From NCBI GenBank assembly GCA_002269645.1, contig NIVC01003213.1:1-64000 (forward strand): a stretch of 64,000 nucleotides of DNA. Direction: 5' to 3'. The notes below the pieces were generated by a model. It saw only the letters and a list, made by a program, of their open reading frames with translations, was not told where the DNA came from and searched no databases. Positions within the stretch are counted from its first letter, which is position 1; the number at the start of each line of letters is the position of its first letter. The stretch comes from Macrostomum lignano (Eukaryota). Below, one piece after another: positions 33,401-44,900 of the stretch. A program made the translations under genes and the position numbers.

Positions 33401-34180
33401 AGGAGACCGATGGAATTCCTTCAGGGCGAGCCCGAAGGTTTCCCAATCAGTATTTCTGGCGTTCCGTCTCCACATAACACGAGTTGCGCTACGCGCGGCC
33501 ATTAGGTTGAAGGAGATGAACTTGTGATCCGATAGTGAGGACACTGGAAGCACCCGCCACGCCCCAATACTCTGGTAGAGTCTGGGCGTTGCGAGCGTAG
33601 CGTCGATCACCTCCGACCACCGTCCGTTGTCAAAGGTAGGGGTGGACCCAGAGTTGCAGAACTCGAGGGTCGTAGAGGCAACGTAGGCTAGGAGGTCTTC
33701 GCCTCTCTGATTAATGCCAGTGCTGCCCCAGTGAGTGTGGTGGGCGTTGATGTCGCCGGCAACCATGAGCTCGTAGTTTTTGGCAGAGCAGAGCTCTACC
33801 AGCGTAGCGAGGGCTCTGGGGACGACCGCAGCATCGCCTGGTAGGTAAACCGAGGCAATGAGGGTGGTCTTCCCAGGAAGAAGGTCCTCGGATTGGATGA
33901 CGCAGATGTCCCTGTTGGACAGGTCCGATCTGAGCCACGCACTGAGCGTTTTGCTCGCAAAGATGCAAGCTCTGGGAGGCTGGTTGGCCTCGCGAGGGTA
34001 ATTATAAAAACAATTGTAGCCAGCAGGGGCGTTTTGAGGCTTACCTCTGAGAGTCCAGGGTTCCTGGACGAGGATGAGCCCCGGCTTGTCGAGCTCGGCG
34101 TAACGCATAAGGTTGACCGAGGCTGCGACGCAGTGCTGCAGATTAATCTGCAGGCAATGGATTCCCTGGTTGCTGATCAT
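30476..34180 (-). CDS. ORF2: apurinic-like endonuclease, reverse transcriptase, RNase H and C-terminal Zn knuckle
   Basis: VQEPW, GDINAH, IDATL, SDH (APE); FRPISLTS, LDIIGAFD, GSPQGGVLSP, YADD (RT); YTDGS, SDSQAAL, WIPGH, GNELADTLAK (RNase H); CPFC...EDAQHFVCHCP. ATG at 34180. Confidence 0.96.
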   Translation of the reverse strand: MISNQGIHCLQINLQHCVAASVNLMRYAELDKPGLILVQEPWTLRGKPQNAPAGYNCFYNYPREANQPPRACIFASKTLSAWLRSDLSNRDICVIQSEDLLPGKTTLIASVYLPGDAAVVPRALATLVELCSAKNYELMVAGDINAHHTHWGSTGINQRGEDLLAYVASTTLEFCNSGSTPTFDNGRWSEVIDATLATPRLYQSIGAWRVLPVSSLSDHKFISFNLMAARSATRVMWRRNARNTDWETFGLALKEFHRSPGQPFTITSCREADECATVLTETLTAAFEASCPLKAYKGKKSAPWWNPELGNLRRRAKRLHRRATKTKSPADQTAYHEAIHEFKRQVRNAKAQKWRQYCEELEGSRPTSRVVKALTLDKMSKLSSVKRTDGTSTDNPGETLDVMLTAFFPNEPANQTTPDHSEGGHALAASIITEDRIVRAANSFKPFKAPGPDGIVPALLREAVKCPGFLRKLCSLLRACITLGYVPQAWTEAKVIFIPKPGRPDYHSIKSFRPISLTSSLVKLMERLVLWRLLSVELKNKPLSENQHAFRAGRSTESALHVLVDKLEKAVLGSGFALGIFLDIIGAFDNVLFEAFRRALCERLTHSHLTRWIMYMISHRTATASLLGYQRTVPVCKGSPQGGVLSPVLWNMVIDELLRDVRPDPILKVGYADDVTAVASGPSPDTLRDLLQNFIYAAEQWADRCGLRLSETKTAAIMFTSRTKWQIRPLTLYGREIPFCKQTKCLGITLDHRLNWSPHVQTKAKKAFAVLAQLRRAVGTTWGLTPKRLWWIYTAMVRPAISYGGLIWASALQIKTCLEALRRAQGRACRTIMSAPPSAPYDGLDAFLNIPPLDIFVRREAAKTARRLADAGFRIQPHRAMAKRKLLPHADLCLKDLRDSGGLHVLSDGEPRTLNLFQRYKVTIPSRDAANDHWNFQEVHCYTDGSIKDGRAGFGVCIIINGRVIATHAQHTGRLSTVFQNEVLAISSCAAELNAKVTRGKTIVIHSDSQAALQALCHTTTNSRTVADCARQLNLLARSNTVRLKWIPGHAGFPGNELADTLAKRGGSGSFFGPAPLVPMPLTVINRQIDDWADSLHRDRWAGTQNCRQSRAAVPCPSHRLRNILLNQNRKDIRALVMTLTGHGYLARHCFLRGDLESEICPFCECDNEDAQHFVCHCPFFNRDRLRYLGPNPSIDEVCQPDSIPRLIQFLRATRRASFFPTEDHAAGRTGGPP

Positions 34181-34182
34181 TA

Positions 34183-35649
34183 TCACGCAGTTGGGGAATC
34201 GTTGAGCAGGTCATCCTCCTCCTTTTCAGTGGTGGGTGACCCGCAGACCTCCATGGGAGTTTCAGCGTCCTCAGCAGTTAGGGTGGCTGTGGAGTCCTCC
34301 GCGGACGTGAGCCCAGCGTGGACGTTACCGTCGCCTCTCCTGCGTGCTTCGGTGCTGTCACTGCCCGTCCCCTCTGCCTCGTCGGTCAGGTCGATGCGGG
34401 TGGCGCCAGCCTCCTGGTGAGTCACAGACTCGAACCAGTCGGTCGGAGCCTCCCCGCTTAGAGTCTGGCCTTCTGGCTGTTGGGGTGGAGCGCGAGAAGC
34501 GCGGGCCCGCTCACGATGCGCACGAAGGTTCTTGGCCTGGTCCAGCGCGCGCTGGATCAGGCCGGACCTCCGGGTGCTCCTGGCGGGTCTGCGATTGCGA
34601 TTTCCGGTTTCAGCAGCGCGAACTGCCTTACCGGGCATAGGATCGGCCGTTTGCCTCGGCTTCTTTGCCGGAGGAGCCTGGGCCCCAGTTCCGGTTTCGG
34701 AAGCTTTGGCATTCTTGGCTTCATCAGCTTTCCGCTCCTCGCAACGGAGGATGGTCAGCTGAGTCAGACCAATATGAATTGTGGACTTAGGCGGCAAGCG
34801 CTTAGCCCAGTCATCAGAGAGCCCTAGGATCACCGTAGCCCCCTTCTCCTTGCGGGAAGTGGCGTGGTGTAGGAGCCCGTTGACCTTAAGGTCGGGGTGC
34901 AGCTTTAGCAATATTTGCCTAAGCTGATCTCCGGACTTAATGGCACTGCCGGCCGGGATCCAGACGCGAAAGCGCTGGGTCTTCTGTCGTTCGCCCTCGC
35001 TGGCGAAGACGAGCTTGCCGAGCTTCTTGGGCCAGTTCAGCTTTGGCAGAAGCTCGCGTAGATTGCGGCTGCTCTCCTCCGAGCTGCACCAGATGAAGAT
35101 GCAGCCGTCGGTCTTGGCAGACTTGACCACGCTCACAGGGCGGCCCGCCAGGAGCTGGTCGATGAGCGCAGCATCGATGGTGCGCCAGGCACTGTCGAGC
35201 TCGTCGGCCGTGAGGTCCTGCTCTTCCCCGAAGACGATGACCGCCGGTTGGAGCTTGACCTTTGAGGCGTAGTTGGTGGCGGCGGTTCCCGAAGGCCCGG
35301 CCGCGCTTGTAGCAGGTATACTGGGTGGCTCACCAGCGGGGGTTGTATCCTGGGGGGCAGGGGTTGCTGTGGTTCCTTTCGGCCCAACAGCAGCCTCGCC
35401 CTCCCTAGGTTCCCCTTCCGCCGGTGGCCGGCCCGCAGTACCCCGTAGTCGCCGTCGCCGCTCGTTGCGGCGTTGGTTGCGGGTGCGTCGGGCTTCAGCG
35501 GAGGGCCCGGTTGCGCGTGCGGGCATGTCACCAGCCGAGCCGGCGGCAAGCCCATCTGCCCCCGGTGGGGCGGCGCTGGTGCCAGAGTCACCGGCCGGAG
35601 TTGCCGGGGCCCCGGCTTCAGCGGGGGTTAAAGAGGCGGATGACGCCAT
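34183..35649 (-). CDS. ORF1 (gag-like nucleic-acid-binding protein) of the non-LTR element
   Basis: 488-aa uninterrupted ORF directly upstream of ORF2 (TGA-TA-ATG junction), with basic low-complexity N- and C-terminal regions. Confidence 0.85.
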   Translation of the reverse strand: MASSASLTPAEAGAPATPAGDSGTSAAPPGADGLAAGSAGDMPARATGPSAEARRTRNQRRNERRRRLRGTAGRPPAEGEPREGEAAVGPKGTTATPAPQDTTPAGEPPSIPATSAAGPSGTAATNYASKVKLQPAVIVFGEEQDLTADELDSAWRTIDAALIDQLLAGRPVSVVKSAKTDGCIFIWCSSEESSRNLRELLPKLNWPKKLGKLVFASEGERQKTQRFRVWIPAGSAIKSGDQLRQILLKLHPDLKVNGLLHHATSRKEKGATVILGLSDDWAKRLPPKSTIHIGLTQLTILRCEERKADEAKNAKASETGTGAQAPPAKKPRQTADPMPGKAVRAAETGNRNRRPARSTRRSGLIQRALDQAKNLRAHRERARASRAPPQQPEGQTLSGEAPTDWFESVTHQEAGATRIDLTDEAEGTGSDSTEARRRGDGNVHAGLTSAEDSTATLTAEDAETPMEVCGSPTTEKEEDDLLNDSPTA

Positions 35650-36319
35650 AGCTGAAAGCGGGAAGGAGTGAGCTGAGTCACAAAAGAAAGAGGAAAGAAG
35701 AAAAAGAAAAGGACCGCTAGCGACCGGACAACCCCCCGGCCTTCCAGCCCATCGGCACGGTCAAACACCTTAGGCATTAGGGGGTACGTTAAGCAGTACC
35801 ACGGCCTGCAGGCTGGCAAGCCAGACCCGCATACCCAAATTCGGCCGAAGCCACTGGATGGGTCGCCAGCGTCGGAGCCCAGTCTGTCCAGCAGCCCTAG
35901 GGTCTGCCTTGAACACACGCGGGGACGAGTACCCTGGGTCGACTTGTGAAACAGCGTGAGGGGGGGGGGTCTGCGGCTGCCAGTGGCAAATAGCGGGTGC
36001 AGACCTCCCTCTCCAGCCTTGACCTGCTGAATATAGGGGCAGGCGTGAAGCATCGCAGACCGTAGCCCTTAGGCCTGGTCTGTCTCATACTTCACTGGCG
36101 TGCTGAATACACCTTCACGTGCTAAGTAGTACTATGACTAGTACTATCATACTGCCCCAGGACCCGACGGCATTGTACCGGCCCTTCTAAGAGAGGCGGT
36201 TAAATGCCCAGGCTTCCTGCGCAAACTTTGCAGCCTTCTTCGGGCATGCATCACGCTTGGTTATGTCCCGCAGGCATGGACCGAGGCAAAGGTGATCTTT
36301 AACTATGACTGTCTTAAGT

Positions 36320-37769
36320 AGTAGTAGTACTAAGTAGCTGACGAGGCAATTTGACTTAATAAGACAGTCATAGTTACTCCTGCCGTTTACCCAAAGTTGC
36401 GTTAATTTTGCATTACGTTTTTTTTACATGTAAGTCGCATTTTTGGCCAAAAACTACGTCGCATTTTTGTTAAAACTAAGTCGCATGGCCGACCGAATTT
36501 TAGAGGTTGCGCATGTATGTTTTCGGAGCCTCCACATCCTGAATCTTCTGCACCATTCCCAGATCCGGCTTGATCCCCTCTTCATCGATGATGTGGCCCA
36601 GGAACTTTAGGCTTCTGGCCTCCAAAATGCACTTCGCTTTGTTGATTTTCACATTAGCCGCCCTCAGCTTGTCCAGCACCTTCTCTCTGATATTCTGCAG
36701 CTCCGCCTTTGACACTGCTCCCATGAGCACATCATCCTGGTACACGATGACACTTGGGTGCTCACCCAGCAGCTTCTCCATCTCGCACTGGAACACAGAC
36801 GGAGAAACCTTGATGCCATACGGCAGCCTGTTAAAGCGCTAGCAGCTAAAAGGGGTATTGATTATGGTGATGTCTTTTGACTCATTTTCCAGTGGAACCT
36901 AATAATAAGCGTCAGATAAGTCCAGTTGGCAGAACAACTTCTTGTTTGCCATCTTTGAGAAGGCTGTCTTGATGGACGGAGTCAAGTACGTCTGGTCCTG
37001 CACCCACTGATTGACAGCAGTGTAGTCTCCGCAGATCCTCACAGACATCTTGTCGGATTTCACCGTCACCACAATGGGGCTGCCCCACTCTGAGGAAGTC
37101 ACCTTCTCAACTATGCCCGCCTTCTCCATCAGGTCCAGCTCCTTCTTCACCAGTGGACGCAGCGCCAGCGGCAGCTCTCTGGCTGGTTGGAAAATTGGCC
37201 TGGCTCCCGCCTTCAACAGGATCTCGCCAACTGCTCCCTTGATGCCCAACAAGCTCTCGTACCTGTTGTTGCTGGGCGGCTTGGCCTCATCTGAGTGGTG
37301 AGCTGGCAGCGAGCTGAGCAGATCCTGGCCGAGCAAACCAAACTTCTGCTTGCATTCGATGATAGGCAGCTCCGCCGGAGCGAAGCGGCCATCAGGGCCG
37401 CCAGTCTCCACCAGGCACTCCAGGATGCTGAGCTGCTTCATCACGTGCCCGTCGTAGGCCAGCATCCGAGACTTAGGCAACTTCAGTGGCGGCCTGCCAA
37501 GTTCTTCCCAGATCTTTCTCGAGATTAGTGAGCATAAGGCGCCACTGTCCTTTTCCATTTTGACCTGCCTTCTGTTGATTTTCACATCGCAGAATGCAGC
37601 AAGGGTGCCCGCACCGCAGTAGAAAACTAGCTCGTCTCTGGTTACAGCTGAGTCAGAGTGCTTGGATTCGTTGGGTGCGACAAAGTGGGTCCTGGCACTC
37701 CGGCAGACCTTCGCGAAGTGGCCAGTCTTCCCGCACTTGTGACAGGTGACCTTCAGGGCTCGGCAGTCT
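36320..37769. repeat. 1,450-bp direct duplication, copy B (includes the MITE right part, 36320-36519)
   Basis: Identical to 28915-30364; it continues uninterrupted into gag. Confidence 0.95.
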
Positions 37770-38527
37770 GTCAGTCTGCGATGTTGCGCCTGGCCGCAAC
37801 GCTGGCAGCTCTGGCCTCCACCGGCTCTGGGCCTCACCATCTTAGCCGCGTTGATGCTGTTGGCACTAGCAGAATCCTCTTCTGGCACCTCCTGGCTAGC
37901 GGGCAATGCCTGATGCACCGCCGAGTCTTTTTCAGCTTGGCCGGAGGCAGTCAGTGGCCCGAACAAAAATTTGCTCACCATCTGAAGTTGCTGCACGTAC
38001 TCGGTGATCTGGCTCACCGAGAGCTCTGTGGAGACTTCGCGCTCGAGTACCTTGCTCCGGACCTCCTGGTTGCTGAGACCGGCGATGAGGTGCATTTTGA
38101 TCAGCTGCTCAGCTGGATCAACATTCTCGCCCTTCAGCTTCTCGAATTTGCACACCACCGCCTGCTCTTGAAGTCGGGCAGCGAAGCCGGCAACCGTCTC
38201 ACCGTCTCCTTGGCGCATGGACATGAAAGCCGCTCTCTCGGCAATCAGCAGCCTCTTCTTGGGCTCCAGAAACCGCACAAGGCACTCCTTGATTTCCACC
38301 CACTTCATCTGCAAGAGCGGTTTGGGCGCGACCAGCTGCTTCACTTTGATGAGCTGTGCCACGCCAAGACAGCCAAGGAAGGCATTGGTCAACGCCAGAT
38401 TGCCGACTGTGTCATCAGTGCAATCAGTGTCCTTCCTTCCTTTTGATCCCGCCTGGGCATCAAAGACCTCGATCCACGCCCGCAACTCTTCAATGTTGTT
38501 TAGTGGGTCTCGTAGCTTTATAGACAT
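36520..38527 (-). pseudogene. Gypsy gag-protease-RT 5' part with in-frame stops
   Basis: ATG 38527 MSIKLRDP...; CCHC knuckles (CQRCGQAQH...CHKCGKTGH), protease EKDSGALCSLI, and RT SEWGSP, ICGDY, LDLSDAYY* and YQDD. Stops at ~36899 and ~36840. Confidence 0.9.
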
Positions 38528-41500
38528 CTGTAGATCCTGCTCGCGACGCCAAAATGTTGAAATGAACAAGTCATGAGCTGAGAGTATGCAAGACAAGACA
38601 AACGTGCCAAGTGCACCGACAACCAACAATACGATTTATCACAAGCAAGGTTCAATAGTAGCCACCCCCACCCCAGGGCTAAAACACCAACAATGTACAT
38701 TAAAATCACGAAAGAGCAGAGATGTGCAAAGAGCGGGAGCCACGGACCATGAGTACACGCACAGAGTTAAGAACACAAACAATACACGGAGTAAAAGCGC
38801 ACCCCAACCCCACGCACCAGGCCCAACAATATATAATCAAAGAAAATTAGCTTATACTAGCAATCTATATTGCTATTCTATTAGTATTATAAAGGTAACA
38901 AAGAAGATTTTAAAAAATAAACTATATATACTTAGGCCTATCCTAAGGGCAGGCCGCAGGGCTAACTTTTTCCATCCAAAATTGATCTGCTAATACCAAT
39001 TGTAATATGACTTTGCTTGGCTTATTAAAATTTCACTAATGCTACCAACGTTATAATAGAAGTTTTCTTTTATCTGTATAATAACCCTTAAAGCTGTTAC
39101 CAAAGTTGTAGTAGGGTTATTTTCTCAATTATGATTTATTAATATTGCTGCCACCTAGAGGGCAGAGGCCAAATGAGTACTCTACTGAGTACTTGACATG
39201 TCAAGTGATTGGCTATTTTTTCAATTTTACTTCAATTTGATTTTGAGTTTTTAAAATTGACTTCAATTTTAAGTCAAGAAATTTTACTTTGGTTAATTCA
39301 AGAAGTTGGATATTTTTAATGGGTCTGTATATAGATAATATAGGGTAAATATGCCTTTTAAGAAAGAAATATCAGCATGGCATTTCCCTTTTTTTAATAG
39401 TTGTATCAGTTTTATTGTTGCGCCCAATCTTTGTATTTTTATACAAAAAATATCTGAATAGAACACTAACTAGAAATATTATCACCTTCTTTCTTCAAAT
39501 CCTTATACAAGAATTTGGCCGGCTAACAAGCTGCAACTATGGCAAGACACTCCTGGAGATATGGATGTCATATTTTGGCAGTCAGCTAGACAACTCAGCT
39601 CTGCAGCCCTTGTTTCATAGAATTAATTGTTAAATTTATTTTTAACAATTGTACTTTTAACTCATTTATCATTTCTTTATAAGTTCATAATTAAGTCCTT
39701 ATATACTCTTCTACCTTTTGATCTGACATTGCATAAAATGTCCTGAAATTGTCTTCAAGTCTCTCATGGAATGACCAATATAAACAAACATTAATTAGTA
39801 AATTTTTTATTTTTAATAATAAATAAAGTATTAAAAACAAAATATTAATTGTTTATGATAGAATATATTCATATAAATCTTTGTATAAAATGACACTGAC
39901 AGTTTGGCTATAGAAAGTGCTATATAAAATGTGCAGATTACTCACTCAACATTTCTCAACTGGCCTACTTGATATAAGCACCAAGTCTTGACTTGATACT
40001 TGGCTTGACCAAAAATCTTTGCTCATTTGGCCTCTACTGCCACTAAGCTGTTTCAATGGTTTTTAATGTTCTTACTACTTATGTACTCTTACTAATGATA
40101 GATATTACTAGTAGTACATGAATATACCCACTGGTAGCATATATACTTTTTACTATATTATTTCTTGGCCTGAGAAGTTATTGGCACTGTCTACCCTATT
40201 CCTATATTTCAGTTATTCCTATAAAGGGATTTCTCTCAGTCCTAGGCATTTTTGGGATCAGAGTGTTATAGATTCTAAGCATTTATATTATTCTAAGGCA
40301 ATTTTACTTCTTTATAGAAATTTACCTCAGACTATTGAGATTTATCTCATTTCTAAATGGTTTCAAATTCTCCCAATGCTTGGGTCTTATAGTCCTATAG
40401 AAATTAATAAGCCAATTCAAATCTGTCAAGGCAATTTAGCTTGAATACTTTGCAAAATAGAAGAACCATAGTATTGAACATAAGAACAAAATATGATTTC
40501 ATAAATGGTTGATTCCTTCTGCCTTTTTCACATTCTATTCATCCTGCATTTTGGAACAATTTTAAACAAATTTTATATATAAAAAATAATAGAATATTTT
40601 TCAAATACACAATATTAAACAAAAACTTGGTGGAATTTTAAAATGTGCAAATTTCTAAGAAAGAATAGACTGATATTTCATACAATTTAGGAATACAAGT
40701 ATATAAACTACAAAGTGTACTATATCAATACTATAGGTTCTAACCTTGTATATGCATTATAATTTATTTTTTCATGAAACTAGTATTTAAAAAGAAAAAG
40801 GCATTGGTTGTAAAAGCTAGTTGTTAGGCTCCTATGCAACATAAATTTTACCTGGCAATTATAATACACTTTCTATAATAGTGACATAACTACAGCTACA
40901 AATTCTTTAATTTTTTAACAAAAAAACTTTAAACAAGTTTATTAGAAGTATAATTGAAATTTATGCAAATCTTGAAAATGTTGGCAAGTTTTGAACTTTG
41001 CATGTAAAGGCAAAGTTCTGTAGTTAAAATAAAACTTGTGATGACCTTTTTGACCCCAATTAAGCAAGTTCCTCTGGCATTGACTATCTAAAGACTTGCT
41101 TTAAAAGTTTCCTATATTAGATAACCCATAATGCCACATAATGCTATTTTTAAGAGTTGTATATATTATAAAGACTTGCATTTAGCTCAATTATACTTTA
41201 ATAGACTTGTTTTAATAAACTAATATATGTTAACTTTGTTTACTTTTGTTCAATTTGTCTTTAACTTGTTACATTTTGTTAAAATTTGGTGTCAAAAGAG
41301 TTTATTGCAGGAAAGTAAGACATTGCTATTATTTTATTGATTTGCATGCTATTTAAGTCTCTCTTTGTTTTTAACTATTTAGTGCTTATATTTTTTTAAT
41401 TTTATGTGAGCACTAAGTATAAATATACTAATGATATGTGTAAAGGCATACTTAATTAAATTATCTATACAATTGTATGTATATCTCAGGAGTCAACATG

Positions 41501-41902
41501 ATAGGCAGAACTGCCTTAGAACTGATGTAGTTGAACAATGTTGCCAAAAGGTATCTATAACCTTCTTGAAATTAGTAGAATGCACCAATATAGACTTAGT
41601 ATAGGCTATAGATAATTTTGTGGTTAATTTTAAATATTAATTATTCTATAGGCCTATTCTACACTTAATAGTTCTAATATTCTGATACCATTACCATATT
41701 TATGTACAGCATTCGATTGGTAAAAATAAAACAGAATATAAAATTTTAAATTGTTTGTCCATTTTAATCTTTCATTGAATGCATGTTTATTCAGTTAAAC
41801 AACATGGCCATATGAGCCACTTCTTCGAGAGCTATTGTGATTTCCTGTTAAAAAAAATACAATTGATTGTAAACATAATTAAACATCAAATAAAGAAATC
41901 AA

Positions 41903-44900
41903 ATGTCAGACAATAACAGAATTGGTAGCGGAGGCACTTCTCGGCCTCGATTTGTGCTTCCATTGACGGCGTCCAATCAGAATCGAGCTGCGCCTCAGTC
42001 GGCCTCTCCTATTGGCCAGCTGCAGACGCAGCCAGGCTTGCCCGGTCTGCCGCCTGTTGGCCAATTGAAGCTGCCAGATCAACCGGAACGACAGTTCAGC
42101 GTTGACGATCTGGAAGATCTGGGAGAGATCGGTCGGGGAGCATTTGGCTCAGTGAATAGGATGCGGTTCAAGCCCACAGGATCAGTGCTGGCTGTGAAAC
42201 GAATTCGATCTACTGTCGATCAGCGCCAGCAGAAGAATATGCTGCTGGAACTGAATGTTGTGGTCAATTGCGAGTGTCCGTTTATTGCTAGGTGAGTTTG
42301 GGAGTGACTGAGTGAGCTTGAGAGTGACTGAGTGAGCTTGAGAGTGACTGAGTGAGCTTGAGAGTGACTGAGTGAGCTTGAGAGTGACTGAGTGAGCTTG
42401 AGAGTGACTGAGTGAGCTTGAGAGTGACTGAGTGAGATTTTGAGTGACTGAGTGAGATTTTGAGTGACTGAGTGAGATTTCGAGTGACTGACTGCGATTG
42501 GGAGTGACTGAGTGAGTTTGGGAGTGACTGAGTGAGTTTGGGAGTGACTGAGTGAGATTTGGAGTGACTGAGTGAGATTGGGAGTGACTGAGTGAGATTG
42601 GGAGTGACTGAGTGAGATTAGAGTGACTGACTGCGATTGGGAGTGACTGAGTGAGATTGGGAGTGACTGAGTGAGATTGGGAGTGACTGAGTGAGATTAG
42701 AGTGACTGAGTGAGATTTGAAGTGACTGGGTGAGATTAGAGTGACTGAGTGAGATTTGGAGTGACTGGGTGAGATTGGGAGTGACTGAGGGAGATTTGGA
42801 GTGACTGAGATTCAGTGACTGAGTGAGATTTGGAGTGACTGGTGAGTTTGGGAGTGACTGAGTGAGATTTGGAGTGACTGAGTGAGATTTTGAGTGACTG
42901 AGTGAGATTTGGAGTGACTGAGTGAGATTAGGAGTGACTGAGTGAGCTTGAGAGTGACTGAGTGAGATTGGGAGTGACTGAGTGAGCTTGAGAGTGACTG
43001 ACTGAGATTGGGAGTGACTGGGTGAGATTTGGAGTGACTGAGATTCAGTGACTGAGTGAGATTTGGAGTGACTGAGATTGGGAGTGACTGGGTGAGATTT
43101 GGAGTGACTGAGATTCAGTGACTGAGTGAGATTGCGAAGTAAAAGTGGAGCCAGATTAGGAAAGCGCTTGTAAGTGTACAAAACGAACATCGAACCCTAA
43201 ACCGTTTGCTTGGCCAGGTCCTATGGCGCATTATTCAAAGAGGGCGACTGTTGGATCTGCATGGAGCTGATGGACACCAGTCTAGACAAATTCTACCGGG
43301 TTGTCTATCATCATCTTAACGAGGTCATACCCGAGGTGGTAATTGCCCAGGTTTCCTTAGCAACTGTCAAAGCGTTGAATTATCTCAAGGAGAAATTGGG
43401 CATGATGCACAGGTGAGAGGGCGTGTTGAAGAATGGGGTCTATTTTATGCAACTGGAAATCGGAATTCGCAGTCTCCTTTCTGATCCTAGTGCGGTCCCG
43501 ATGCTACCGGTATGGCAATCACTGATCCCATTGTAATCCCCGATCCCATTGTAATCCCTGATCCCATTGCAATCCCTGATCCCATTGTAATCCCTGATTC
43601 CATTGTAACCCCTGATCCCATTGCAATCCCTGATCCCATTGTAATCCCCGATCCCATTGTAATCCCTGATTCCCATTGTAATCCCTGATCCCATTGTAAT
43701 CCTTGATCCCCTTGTAATCCTTGATCCCATTGTATTCCCCGATCCCATTGTATTCCCTGATCCCATTGCAATCCCTGATCCCATTGCAATCCATGATCCC
43801 ATTGTAATCCCTGATCCCATTGTAATCCCTGATCATTGTAATCCCTGATCCCATTGTAATCCCTGATCCCATTGTAATCCTTGATCCCATTGTATTCCCC
43901 GATCCCATTGTATTCCCTGATCCCATTGTAATCCCTGATCATTGTAATCCCTGATCCCATTGTAATGTCTGATCCCATTGTAATCCGTGATCCCATTGTA
44001 GTCCTTGATCCCATTGTATTCCCCGATCCCATTGTATTCCCCGATCCCATTGTAATCCTTGATTCTATTGTAATCCACCATCCCATTCTAATCCTCAATC
44101 TCATTGTAATACCTGATCTCATTAAAATCCCTGATCCCATTTTGATCTTCGATCCCATAGCAATCCCTGATCTCATTGATTCCCGACCCCATAACTCCCC
44201 ATCGAATACTCGATCCCTATCCAGACGCGGGTACTTCAAGTGGCCATCCCGACTTCACCACCCACCCCCCTCAGAGACGTGAAGCCCAGCAACATCCTGG
44301 CAGACCGGTCGGGCCGGGTGAAGCTGTGCGACTTCGGCATCGCCGGCAAGCTGGTGGACAGCATCGCCAAGACCCGGGACGCCGGCTGCCGGCCCTACAT
44401 GGCGCCGGAACGAATCGACTATCAACGCGTCGGCGAAGGCTACGACGTTCGTAGCGACGTCTGGTCGCTGGGCATCTCGTTGTACGAACTGTGTACCGGC
44501 CGGTTTCCCTACAAACAGTGGGGCACCATGTTTGAGCAGCTGGAGCAGGTGAGAGAGTTCGTTTGGGAATTGCTGAATATAATAGAAGTTTATTATTAAA
44601 ATATCAACCCACCTGTACGGTACAAAGATCAGCCCCTCAACCCACCTGTACGGTACAAAGATCAGCCCCTCAACCCACCTGTACAGTACAGAGAATCAGC
44701 CACTCAACCCACCTGTACAGTACAGAGAATCAGCCACTCAACCCACCTGTACAGTACAGAGAATCAGCCCCTCAACCCACCTGTACAGTACAAAGAATCG
44801 CCCTCAACCCACCTGTACAGTACAAAGAATCGCCCTCACCCAACCTGTACAGTACAAAGAGTCGCCCTCAACCCATCCGCAGGTTGTTAAAAGCGAGCCT

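Larger units (their letters stand above)
30365..36120 (-). mobile_element. Full-length non-LTR retrotransposon (R1/LOA-like group, RNase H-containing)
   Basis: Two intact ORFs, a ~470-bp 5' UTR and a short repetitive 3' tail (aagtcaagtaagtcaa). The clade call is inferred from the LQINLQH start, KSAPWWN and RNase H. Confidence 0.92.
26630..38828 (-). mobile_element. Full-span but inactivated Ty3/gypsy LTR retrotransposon carrying nested insertions
   Basis: 274-bp LTRs at 26630-26903 and 38555-38828 (tgttg...caaca, ~13 mismatches by eye), 5-bp TSD atata, PBS 38551-38534, G-rich PPT next to 26904, and domain order gag-PR-RT-RH-INT. Confidence 0.95.

Noticed and set aside
27212-38446. Numerous + strand ORFs opposite the gypsy and LINE genes
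   Set aside because: Antisense shadows of GC-rich retroelement coding sequence with no motifs.
42618-44282. Repetitive ORFs (SHSKS, MGSGIT, YNGIRD, QWDQGL types)
   Set aside because: Translations of intronic minisatellites within MAP2K4.
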